A stretch of DNA of 64,000 nt from contig PLZG01000093.1 in NCBI GenBank assembly GCA_003152075.1, forward strand, positions 15,445 to 79,444. Reading direction: 5' to 3'. The DNA is from a candidate division FCPU426 bacterium. GTDB lineage: Bacteria > Oederibacteriota > Muellerivitia > Muellerivitales > Muellerivitaceae. Under the pieces are notes generated by a model. That model was not told the origin of the DNA and did not search any database. It saw nothing but the letters and a program-made list of their open reading frames with translations. Shown in pieces: positions 18,027-27,200 of this stretch (position 1 is its first letter; every line of letters begins with the position of its first letter). The position numbers and the translations under genes are program-made.

Positions 18027-19478
18027 TTAAGCGAGGCCCGGCGCTGGAAAGCTCAGGGTATTTAAAAGGTAGTTTATGACATCCGCCGCGGAATAGGAAA
18101 GCTTGCTTCCTTTAAGAAAGGAAACGATCCGGGCCAAGTCATCGCCTGAAGTGACGAGGGGTTTTTCCAAGTAGCCGTTTTTTTGAGCTTGGGCCAATTT
18201 AATGCTCGCCATAAGCCCATTGCAAACGCATTTACGTCCTATGGTATCCTCCAACTTGCCTTCCTTTTGTAGATAGGACTCCACAGGCTCACCGGGGCAG
18301 CGGTAACCCACCGAACCGCCTTTTCTTTTAAAAGCGGTGCGCAGGTAACCTAAATCGCAAAGGCGTGGCCGGTCTTTATATTCCTGTGATTCGGACTGGG
18401 TGCCCTCCAAGCGCACGACCTTAAAGGGAAAGCCGGTGGGCGAGGCCACGGGGTCGGTGAAAACCTCTTCTCTTCCCCTGAGAGCTTTGGCGAAAACCCT
18501 TCGCTTGATCCGGTCCATCAGTCCAGATTCCTCGCAATAAGCAAACACGGTTCCTACTTGGATTCCCGTCGCGCCTTCGGCAAGCGCTTCTTTTAGTTTA
18601 TTTGGATCGGCATAGGAACCCGCAAGCCAGAAAGGCAATCCTAATTTCCGGAAAGCCGCCGTATCCACCTTATCTTTGGGGCCATAAACCGGCTCCCCTT
18701 TTTCATTAACGTGAAGCGGGCCTCTTGGCGGGGCATTGTGCCCTCCGGCGGTGGGGCCCTCGATGACGAACCCGTCCACGTGCCCAGCGGATTTTCGGGC
18801 CAGCGTGATCGCCAAAACTTCGGAAGAAACAATGGCGATGAACTTGGGGCGCCGCAAGGGGGGCAAGGTTTTTTCCAGGATATCCCTTGGATTAAAAGTC
18901 ATTTGAAAATCGTCCTCCGGCGCGGCTCCATGGACATTGAGCTTCAGCGAGACCTTCTGGTGCAACACCAGATGATCCAGTACCGAGGGAATGGCGCGGG
19001 GAATACCGGCTCCCATGAGGACATAATCAACCCCCGCCAACAGGGCACCGTAAAACGAAGGAAGGGTGGGAAGCTGGATTTTCTCCAGGTAATTGATCCC
19101 TACCAGCCCATCGTTTCCTTCTTTGGCAAGGAAAACCTCCACGAAATTAGCGGCAACGGTCAGTTCCAAAAGTTCCCGTGGTGGGTTCAAGGAAAACATG
19201 GGCGGATTCTTGAAGGGGATTTGTGAGGCTTTTCCACCGGGAATGTAGTAACGGTCTAAAATTCTCCCAACAATGGACGGATCGGGAAAATGCTCTAGGG
19301 CCCGCCGGACGGAGCCATCCAAGTCTCCCGCTTGTAGGCGCCGGGACATGACATTGTCCAGCGCTGTTCCCGAAACGACTCCCAATTGCCCTGTTTGGGC
19401 GACAGCCTTAGCCAGCTTCCAATTGGAAACGGCCACTCCCATTCCACCCTGTATGATGACGGGTTCGATCATATTCAC
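18027..19478 (-). CDS. Nitronate monooxygenase (NMO/2-nitropropane dioxygenase, FabK-like) family flavoprotein, long form
   Basis: N-terminal IIQGGMGVAVSNWKLAKAV (TIM-barrel FMN motif). 483 aa. Paralogous to 40735..42210. Confidence 0.75.
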   Translation of the reverse strand: MNMIEPVIIQGGMGVAVSNWKLAKAVAQTGQLGVVSGTALDNVMSRRLQAGDLDGSVRRALEHFPDPSIVGRILDRYYIPGGKASQIPFKNPPMFSLNPPRELLELTVAANFVEVFLAKEGNDGLVGINYLEKIQLPTLPSFYGALLAGVDYVLMGAGIPRAIPSVLDHLVLHQKVSLKLNVHGAAPEDDFQMTFNPRDILEKTLPPLRRPKFIAIVSSEVLAITLARKSAGHVDGFVIEGPTAGGHNAPPRGPLHVNEKGEPVYGPKDKVDTAAFRKLGLPFWLAGSYADPNKLKEALAEGATGIQVGTVFAYCEESGLMDRIKRRVFAKALRGREEVFTDPVASPTGFPFKVVRLEGTQSESQEYKDRPRLCDLGYLRTAFKRKGGSVGYRCPGEPVESYLQKEGKLEDTIGRKCVCNGLMASIKLAQAQKNGYLEKPLVTSGDDLARIVSFLKGSKLSYSAADVINYLLNTLSFPAPGLA

Positions 19479-19534
19479 TTCCCCTTGAACTGATAAATTG
19501 CTTTAACGTTACCATTTTTAAACTTCGTCCCTCT

Positions 19535-19548
19535 ATGATCCACATCAT
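19535..19548. promoter_or_regulatory. FNR-box-like palindrome ATGAT-ccac-ATCAT upstream of the nitronate-monooxygenase-family gene
   Basis: TGAT-N4-ATCA core about 70 bp upstream of the start at 19478. Confidence 0.35.
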
Positions 19549-19677
19549 GTTGGACTCGCAATCAACCAGGAGGGTTGTGGTGGAACCCCCCCGGGTAAGG
19601 CTGTGGATTTCAAATCGACGACTTTAAAACCCGGTAGTGGGACAATTTGGTCGTCCAATGATTAGGACCTTAAATCA

Positions 19678-19824
19678 CCCCTCACCCTACCCTCTCCCGC
19701 AAGGGACGAGGGTGTTTAGAAAAGGCCTTTTCTAGATTCCCCTCTCCCTTTGCGTCGTGGTTTTGATGGGTACATAGGGGTTATTCCCTATGAGTGCTTT
19801 TGGGGAGAGGGTAGGGTGAGGGGG
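19678..19824. repeat. 147-bp intergenic element with perfect 21-bp terminal inverted repeats (CCCCTCACCCTACCCTCTCCC) and nested internal palindromes
   Basis: Left end at 19678-19698; the reverse complement sits at 19803-19824. There is an internal 18-bp perfect palindrome TAGAAAAGGCCTTTTCTA (19717-19734). A GGGTAGGGTGAGGGG motif is shared with 27927-27941. Confidence 0.6.
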
Positions 19825-19854
19825 AAACAAAAATCATTCAAATTGACCCACTGC

Positions 19855-20523
19855 CTAAAACCCGTATCCCATCCCCACATGGCCATGTAACGCCAAATTG
19901 GTGACTTCCGAATAACCCCCGGCCGTAGGCGCCCACCAGGCCCAACCCGCCGTGGCCGCAACTTCCAAGACGACAAATAGGTTTGGGTTAAGAGGAAGGT
20001 TCTTACCAACCGCTCCCTGGATCCCGATCCCTGAAACGTAATAGCCCGCGTCAAAAAGTCCACCATGGTCCGAATCCTGGACTTGGCCCCTTATGATGGA
20101 TTGGGGGTGGGTGACAATGGGTCCTATTCCCAAGTGAAAAACGAGTTCCGCCCTTTTCCATGCGTGTCCAAGAAAAAAATAGTTAAACCCATGACACATC
20201 TCCAAATCCTGAATTTCCGCCGTTGTATTGGAAAGGTAAAGCTTGTGATGGATATGCTGGATTTCCCACGCCTCATCGCCATTCCAAAGCCCAACCCTCC
20301 AAGAGTAATAAGGGGCCTCGTCACCAAAGGGATTGGTGTCGTAATTAGCCGTTAATTGAAGGTCGGGCTGTCCGGATTGATGGACTGTAAGGCCGGTCGG
20401 AAAGTTAAAGGCGGTTCCTGTCATCAGCTCAACCGAAACGGTTTGGGCCTCGGCGGCGATTCCTCCTCCAAGCGCCAATGCCCCTAAGACGAAAATAACG
20501 ATTTTGAGTTTGTTAAAAAGCAA
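19855..20523 (-). CDS. Outer-membrane beta-barrel protein (OmpA-like 8-strand barrel?), hypothetical
   Basis: Probable TTG start giving signal peptide LFNKLKIVIFVLGALALGGGIAAEAQ. The mature part has alternating aromatic/glycine strands and ends ..GMGYGF. Confidence 0.45.
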   Translation of the reverse strand: MLFNKLKIVIFVLGALALGGGIAAEAQTVSVELMTGTAFNFPTGLTVHQSGQPDLQLTANYDTNPFGDEAPYYSWRVGLWNGDEAWEIQHIHHKLYLSNTTAEIQDLEMCHGFNYFFLGHAWKRAELVFHLGIGPIVTHPQSIIRGQVQDSDHGGLFDAGYYVSGIGIQGAVGKNLPLNPNLFVVLEVAATAGWAWWAPTAGGYSEVTNLALHGHVGMGYGF

Positions 20524-20542
20524 TGGATTCCCCTTTACAATT

Positions 20543-20731
20543 TTATTTTTCGGGCCAGGGTGTGTTCTTATCCCTCCCGCTTTCCCGCGATGGATTGGAA
20601 AGGCTTTCCTCGTCGTCGGCAAAACGAACTTTTCCCCGTAGGACGCACCCTTTCATTCCGGGGACACAATCCCTGTTTGCCCTTTGGCAAAAATAATCCC
20701 CCGTTTGATAGGGGCATGACCAACTGGACAT
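20543..20731 (-). CDS. Small Cys4 protein (62 aa), paralogue A
   Basis: WSCPYQTGDYFCQRANRDCVPGMKGCVLRGKVRF: a C-x8-C-x6-C-x5-C core conserved with 53834..54043 (WSCRYQSGESYCDRVRVGCIPGMLGCALRGKVRF). Divergent from the Crp/Fnr gene. Confidence 0.45.
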   Translation of the reverse strand: MSSWSCPYQTGDYFCQRANRDCVPGMKGCVLRGKVRFADDEESLSNPSRESGRDKNTPWPEK

Positions 20732-20805
20732 GGATTCCGTTCCTTAAGCGCGGGCTTTTAAGTCACCCGACAGTGACATTCTTGAGCGAATCGGTTTCGG
20801 CCTAT

Positions 20806-21486
20806 ATGATGGGCATCATGAACAAGATCGATGCCCTGAGAAAAACGGAGATGTTCGGCTCCCTTTCGGGCGAGGAATTAAAAGTTGTCGCCAAATCCTG
20901 TGTGGAAAAACCCTTGAAAAAGGGCGAAACACTCTTTTGCGCGGGGGACGAGGCCCGGGGCCTTTACGTGATCGCGAAAGGTTCCTTGCGGGCTTTCCGG
21001 ACAAACGAGGACGGCCGGGAACAAGTCATCCACGTGGAGCGGGCCGGCACCACCATGGCCGAGGTCCCCGTTTTCGATGACCGGCCCTATCCCTCCACGG
21101 TGGTGGCGGAGGAGGACAGCGACGTCCTTTTCATTTCAAAAGCGGACGTGAAACGGCTATGCCTCCAACACCCGGCCATCGCCTTGTCGGCTTTGAAACT
21201 CCTGGCAGCTCGCCTCAGAAAAACGGCTGCCCTGGTTGAATCACTCTCCCTTCGTGAAGTCGACCAACGCCTGGCTGCTTTCCTCCTCCAGGAATTCAAG
21301 GAAAAGCGTTTGAAAAAACTCCAACTGCCGACCAATTCGGACATCGCAACCCGCCTAGGCTCGGTTCGGGAAGTGGTTTCCCGCGCCTTCGCCAAACTGG
21401 AATCCGAAAAACTGATCTCGGTCGACAAGCACCGCAACGCCGAACTGTTGAACGAGAAAGGTCTAGGCAGTTACTCCGGAAGTTGA
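20806..21486 (+). CDS. Crp/Fnr-family transcriptional regulator (no N-terminal Fe-S Cys cluster; Dnr/NnrR-like)
   Basis: cNMP-binding beta-roll (..GETLFCAGDEARGLYVIAKGSLRAF..) and C-terminal HTH (..TNSDIATRLGSVREVVSRAFAKL..). The start was chosen at MMGIMNK because the upstream GTG-initiated extension of the track ORF overlaps gene 20543..20731. Confidence 0.85.
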   Translation: MMGIMNKIDALRKTEMFGSLSGEELKVVAKSCVEKPLKKGETLFCAGDEARGLYVIAKGSLRAFRTNEDGREQVIHVERAGTTMAEVPVFDDRPYPSTVVAEEDSDVLFISKADVKRLCLQHPAIALSALKLLAARLRKTAALVESLSLREVDQRLAAFLLQEFKEKRLKKLQLPTNSDIATRLGSVREVVSRAFAKLESEKLISVDKHRNAELLNEKGLGSYSGS

Positions 21487-22206
21487 CCTTTCCCCAGCCA
21501 ATTTTTCCGCCATCGGAAAAAGTACGTTGTTTTCCAAATGGATGTGGTGATGCAGGTCCTCTTCCAGTTCAATGAAAGCCTGGTAAAAAGACCGGAAAGT
21601 GACGCAAGCGTCATCGGGCGGTGTAAAGTTCCCTGTCAATCGGCGCGCTTCCCTCAATTGTTCCCCTACCGTCTCGTGGTCAGCCATGAGAACAGCCCGG
21701 GGCCCCGCTTGGAATCCCTCAAAGGGGAAGAAAAGGCCTTCGTCACCTTCACCTTTTACCGATTTCTCCAAGGCCAAAAGATAGGGGAAGGCGATCTGTT
21801 CTTCTTTTAACATGTGGTGTTCCAATTCGTCGGCCATTTGGATGAAAACCTTTCGAACCGCCAAGAGGTCAGGATGGTTTTGTCCGTGAACCCGGGCCAC
21901 CTTTTCGGACAGTTTGTCGAGTAGGGCCAATTGCTTGCGGGTATAAACATGATGTTTTTCCAGAAGAAACTCCACCAACTCGGAAAGTTTTCGCTCGCTC
22001 CAGTCTTGTTCTCTCGAAGGGGATACAGGAAGACTCTCCAAGGAACGGACCACCTTTTCCACCGAAGCCCCCGCCTTGTCGCAAGCGTCCTTTAACGTCT
22101 TATTCCCCCCACAGCAGTAATCGATTTTCAAGCCTTCGAACAAAGGAATGGCGGACGGGTACTGAATCACGATACTGGCCACTGTTTGGTTGACTTCAGC
22201 TTTCAT
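21463..22206 (-). CDS. ytfE: Iron-sulfur cluster repair di-iron protein (RIC / YtfE / ScdA family)
   Basis: N-terminal ScdA_N motif (..FEGLKIDYCCGG..) followed by a hemerythrin-like di-iron domain (H..E/HxxxE ligands). Paralogous to 50710..51444. Convergent with the Crp/Fnr gene. Confidence 0.8.
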   Translation of the reverse strand: MKAEVNQTVASIVIQYPSAIPLFEGLKIDYCCGGNKTLKDACDKAGASVEKVVRSLESLPVSPSREQDWSERKLSELVEFLLEKHHVYTRKQLALLDKLSEKVARVHGQNHPDLLAVRKVFIQMADELEHHMLKEEQIAFPYLLALEKSVKGEGDEGLFFPFEGFQAGPRAVLMADHETVGEQLREARRLTGNFTPPDDACVTFRSFYQAFIELEEDLHHHIHLENNVLFPMAEKLAGERSTSGVTA

Positions 22207-22268
22207 AAAAGCCTCCTAAGGGATTTCTTTAGCTGGTTTCAGCTTATGAGGAAGGGCCAGGGAATGCC

Positions 22269-22282
22269 GTGACTTAAGTCAC
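22269..22282. promoter_or_regulatory. Perfect 14-bp palindrome GTGAC-ttaa-GTCAC about 65 bp upstream of ytfE-like gene A
   Basis: 5-N4-5 inverted repeat. The same TGAC-N4-GTCA core recurs upstream of RIC paralogue B (51520), pirin (55372) and the cupredoxin operon (43213). Confidence 0.45.
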
Positions 22283-22565
22283 CTTTCAGGTGATTGTCCC
22301 AACCTTCTAAGGGCGGGTCATTTGACAAAGGAAAGAACGCCCCACTATCCTTCATAAGGGGTAAAATCGAGTCAATTTCAGGAAATGATTTGTCCACGAC
22401 GGGGACCGTCGTGGACAGTTGACTGTTGAGACAGCCGCTCGGTTTTACCAGATTTAGAAAAAACCGTCCTGGTCCTTTCTCAAAATTTTATTAAACCCCA
22501 AAAACTGGCCTCTTGGAATCGTGATAAGCTATTGCCGTATTGGCTTTCCAATCACCCGTCCATCC

Positions 22566-24125
22566 ATGGGGAATATTTTGAAGAATCTAACGATCGTATT
22601 AGGGGCTCTTTTCCTCCTGGATTCCGCGCCCAGTGTGGTTCTTTCCCAATCCTGTTGCGTAGACCGTAATTCCATCATCAACACCTTCGCAGGAACAGGA
22701 GTCAGCGGTTATACGGGGGATGGGGGGCCCGCCACTTCAGCCACCTTGGGCCAGGTTTTCGGCGTTTGCTCGGACGCGGTAGGAAACGTCTATATCTGCG
22801 TCAGCGACCCGGGAAACTCGGTCATCCGCAAAGTTTCCATCTCGGGCATCATCACCACCTACGCCGGAAACGGGACCGCCGGTTATTCGGGGGATGGGGG
22901 GCCCGCGACCTTGGCCCAGATGAACCGGCCCAGCCACGCGGCTCTGGACGCCGCGGGAAACCTTTACGTCACCGAATTCCAAAATAATGTCGTTCGAAAA
23001 ATCACCCCGGGTGGGATCATCAGCACCTTCGCCGGAACGGGCACCGCCGGTTACAGCGGGGACGGCGGTCCCGCCAACCTGGCTACCTTGAACGAACCCT
23101 TCGGCGTGACGGTGGATTTTTCGGGAAACGTCATTGTCGCCGATACCTGGAACAGTGTGCTGCGCAAAATCAACATTTCAGGAATCATCAGTACCATTGC
23201 CGGAAATGGGACCGTTGGTTATTCCGGGGATGGAGGTCCCGCCACTTCGGCGTTGATTGGTTTCCCAGAGGCCGTATCGGTGGATCCCTACACGGGGGCC
23301 ATTTATTTCTTCGACGACGGCTATGGAAGGATCCGCATGATCGATACCTGCGGCATCATTACGACGGTGGCGGGAAACGGGGCGCTCGGGGGGACCGGTA
23401 ATGGCGGGCCCGCGACCTTGGCCGAGTTGGATGACGTCCATGGATTTGCTTTTTGCGGGAACAACATTTATTTCAATGACCTCAACAATGGTCTCCGGGA
23501 AATCGATAACTGTGGCATCGTCCATCTTCTCGCGGGACCGAGCAGCAGTACGGGTGACGGGGGGCCGGTGACTCTGGCTGCCGTCAATTTTCCCGTGGGA
23601 TTGACCACGGATGGGCAGGGAAATCTCTATGTGGGGGAACAGGGCGGTTATCGAGTGCGTAAAATCAGTTATGACTGTTCACCCACGCCCACCCCTGCCT
23701 GCAATACCCCGACCCCAGCTTGCACAGTACCTCCGACGTCCACCTTCACCTTCACGCCGACCGCCACTTTCACCCCAACCCCGACATTTACGGCAACCTC
23801 AACCCCCACCATCACCAACACCCCGACCGTGACTTTTACCCCGACCCCTCTTTGTGCCGTCCAGGTTTGGCCTGATCCTTATAATCCAAATTACGCGAAT
23901 GGTGGATTTCTCAAAGTGGATTGCCTGCCGCCGCGGGCCGTAGTTTCCCTCTATACAGTTTCAGGGGAATTGGTCCGAATCCTGTACGAAAATGGCGGGC
24001 TGGCGCAATGGGATGGCCACAACCAATCGAGCGCCTGGGTTTCCCCGGGCATTTACTATTACGTGATCCAGCAAGACACCCGGGTTTTGGGAACGGGGAA
24101 GTTCCTCGTGATTAACAACCGCTGA
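22566..24125 (+). CDS. Secreted NHL-repeat beta-propeller protein with Pro/Thr-rich linker and T9SS-type (Por_Secre_tail / FlgD-Ig-like) C-terminal domain
   Basis: At least eight tandem repeats of AGxGxxGYSGDGGPAT...N.P.GV..D..GN.Y..D..N..IRKI (NHL). A (TPTP/TFTP)n linker. The C-terminal 85 aa reads VWPDPYNPNYANGGFLKV....VVSLYTVSGELV....GLAQWDGHNQSSAWVSPGIYYYVIQ...LGTGKFLV, matching the T9SS C-terminal sorting-domain pattern. Confidence 0.7.
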   Translation: MGNILKNLTIVLGALFLLDSAPSVVLSQSCCVDRNSIINTFAGTGVSGYTGDGGPATSATLGQVFGVCSDAVGNVYICVSDPGNSVIRKVSISGIITTYAGNGTAGYSGDGGPATLAQMNRPSHAALDAAGNLYVTEFQNNVVRKITPGGIISTFAGTGTAGYSGDGGPANLATLNEPFGVTVDFSGNVIVADTWNSVLRKINISGIISTIAGNGTVGYSGDGGPATSALIGFPEAVSVDPYTGAIYFFDDGYGRIRMIDTCGIITTVAGNGALGGTGNGGPATLAELDDVHGFAFCGNNIYFNDLNNGLREIDNCGIVHLLAGPSSSTGDGGPVTLAAVNFPVGLTTDGQGNLYVGEQGGYRVRKISYDCSPTPTPACNTPTPACTVPPTSTFTFTPTATFTPTPTFTATSTPTITNTPTVTFTPTPLCAVQVWPDPYNPNYANGGFLKVDCLPPRAVVSLYTVSGELVRILYENGGLAQWDGHNQSSAWVSPGIYYYVIQQDTRVLGTGKFLVINNR

Positions 24126-24218
24126 GGTGTGGAAAAAGCGACGAATGAAAATACTTGTCCACGACGGGGACCCACATTGGACAAAGGCGGAAACGAGAAA
24201 GAAGCCGGTGTAGCTTCC

Positions 24219-27200
24219 TTAACCTTTTTCTATCACTGAGGGCGGGGCGGTTTGGGCCACGGCGGCAACGCCCGCGGTAAAGGCTTTGGGGTCCAGCTTG
24301 GAGAGGTACTGGTAATAGTTCCACCGTTGTTGGGCCTCAGCCTGGGCCTGCTCGAAATACTTTTGGGCCTCCTCGGGCTTGGTTAATGTGAGCGATTTGA
24401 AACGGTTTTCCTGCATTTCGTATTCCTTCACCGAAATCTTCAGGGGGCCCGAATCAACCGTAAGGGGATTAACCCCAACTGCCATCTTTTCTGGGTTATA
24501 TCGATAGAGAACCCACTGGCCCGAATCCACGGCGCCTTTCTGTTGTTTAAGGCCATTCACCAAATCATACCCGTGGGCAATGCAATGGGAATAGGCGATC
24601 ACGATGGAAGGTCCGTCGAAAGCTTCCGCCTCCCTCAGGGCCTTAAGGACTTGGCCGTCGTTGGCGCCCAAAGCTACCCGGGCCACATAAACATTGCCAT
24701 AGGTCATGGCCATGAGCCCCAAGTCCTTTTTAGCCTGGGCCTTTCCCCCGGCGGCGAATTTGGCTACCGCTCCCTTGGGGGTTGACTTGGAAGCCTGTCC
24801 CCCCGTGTTTGAATAGACCTCCGTGTCCAGCACCAGGATATTCACATTGCGCCCGGTAGAAATCACATGGTCCAACCCGCCATAGCCGATGTCGTAAGCC
24901 CATCCGTCGCCGCCCATGATCCAAACCGATTTTTTTACCAGGTTGTCGGCAAGGCGAAGCAGCTCCATCGCCTCGGGCTTAGGAATCCCCTTGAGAATTT
25001 CCTTCAACTGGGAAACCCGGGCCCTCTGGGCCTCGATGTCCGCGTCTGTCTTTTGAACGGCCTTTAGGAGTGATTCCACCAATTCCTTCCCCACTTCCTT
25101 TTCCAGCCGATTCAGGAGAGAGGTCGCGGTCTTTGTCTGGTGGTCCAGGGAAATTCGGAAACCCAACCCAAACTCGGCGTTGTCCTCGAAAAGGGAGTTG
25201 CACCAGGTGGGTCCCCTTCCCTGCCCGTTCACGGCCCAGGGGGTGGTGGGCAGGTTGCCGCCATAGATAGAGGAACAACCCGTGGCGTTGGCCACCAGCA
25301 TTCGGTCCCCGAATAACTGGGAGACTATCTTGATGTAGGGCGTCTCACCGCAACCAGCGCAGGCCCCAGAAAACTCGAAGAGGGGCTGTTGGAACTGTTG
25401 TTGGCTAAGCATGTCCAGGTTGATCTTGGACCGGTCCACCTCAGGCAGGGTCAGGAAGAAATCCCAATTCTTGATTTCCTTCTCCACCAAAGAAGCCTGG
25501 ACCTTCATGTTGACGGCCTTATGGGTGGAATCGGTCTTGGATTTAACCGGGCAGACGTCCACGCAAAGCGCGCATCCCGTGCAATCCTCCGGGGCCACCT
25601 GCAGGGTATAGTTCATGCCCTTCCAATCCCGATGCTTGGCCACGGCCGTCTTGAAGCTCTCTGGAGCCTGGGCCAAAAGGGAGGGTTCGTAAACTTTGGG
25701 ACGAATGACGGCGTGGGGGCAGACCGCCACGCACTTGTTGCATTGGATGCAGATTTGCTCGTCCCAAACGGGAATCTCCAGGGCGATGTCGCGCTTCTCG
25801 AAATGGGCTGTTGCCGTGGGATAGGTGCCATCCTCAGGGAAAGCCGAGACGGGCAAGCTGTCACCCTCGCCCCGGATGATGGCAGCCACAACCTTTTGCA
25901 CGAAACTGGGGGCGTTGTCTGGAACGGCTTTGCGGAAAGGCGTGACGCCCGCTTTGCGGCCTGCCAGGCTGACCTCGTGAAGATGGGCCAGGGTGGTGTC
26001 CACGGCCTGGAGGTTGGCGTTAACAATTTTTTCTCCCTTGCGCTTGTAAGTCTTCTCGATGGATTTCTTGATGGCCTTGATGGCCTCTTCCCGGGGCAGA
26101 ACCCCCGACAGGGCGAAATAACAGACCTGCATGATGGTATTGATCCGGTTCCCCATACCCGCCTGCTTGGCCACCGTATCGGCGTCGATCACGAAGAACT
26201 TGGCCTTTTTGGCCAACAGGTGTCCCTGGACAATTTGGGGCAGGGATTCCCAAACCGCTTCAAAGGGAGAGGCACTGTTCAAAAGAAAGGACCCGCCCGG
26301 CTGCAAATCCTTGAGCATATCGATGCGGTTGAGAAACACGGGCTGGTGGCAGGCTACGAAGTCTGCCTGCTGAACCAGGTAGGTGGAGCGGATGGATTTT
26401 GGACCGAACCTCAGATGGGAGGTGGTCATAGAGCCGGATTTTTTCGAGTCATACACGAAAAATCCCTGGGCCCACAGATCGGTGTTCTCGCCGATGATCT
26501 TGATGGTGTTTTTGTTGGCGCCCACCGTGCCGTCCGAACCCAGACCGAAGAAGAGGGCCCGTTTCACTTCCGGTGGCTCGATCGAAAGATGTTCGTCGTA
26601 GGGCAGGCTGGTGTGGGTTACGTCGTCATTGATCCCCAGGGTGAAGTGGCCTTTCAGGGACTTCTCTTTGAGATGATCGAAGAGTCCCAGGACCATGGCC
26701 GGAGTAAATTCCTTTGAGGAAAGGCCGTACCGGCCCCCGATAATGCGGGGCATGGACTTCATCGGGGCTTTGCCCGCCGTGATGGTTTCGCTTAAGGCCG
26801 TCAGGACATCCAAGTAAAGGGGCTCACCCATGCTTCCCGATTCCTTGGTGCGGTCCAGCACGGCGATGGATTTCACGCCCAGCGGCAGGGCCGAGACGAA
26901 ACTCAAGGCGTCAAAGGGCCGGTAAAGCCGCACCTTCAGCAAACCCACCTTTTCGCCCTCAGCCTGAAGATAATCCACCGTCTCATGGGCCGTCTCCGCG
27001 CCCGATCCCATCATGACAATCACCCGCTCGGCGTCAGGGGCTCCGTGGTACTCATAAATTTTATAGGCCCGCCCGGTCAACCGGGCGAATTGGTCCATGG
27101 CCTTTTGGATGATGCCGGGAACTGCCAGGTAAAAGGAATTGGCCCTCTCCCGGCCCTGGAAAAAAACGTCCGGGTTCTGGGTGGAACCGCGAAGGACGGG

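Noticed and set aside
20560-20805. N-terminal 82-codon extension of the Crp/Fnr ORF (GTG start)
   Set aside because: The extension overlaps the oppositely oriented small Cys4 gene and adds no recognisable domain. The Met at 20806 gives a normal-length Crp/Fnr protein.
25389-26717. 442-aa ORF on the plus strand
   Set aside because: It lies entirely antisense to the well-supported PFOR gene. Its composition is Gly/Ala/Arg-rich, typical of a high-GC antisense frame, with no motifs, RBS or signal.
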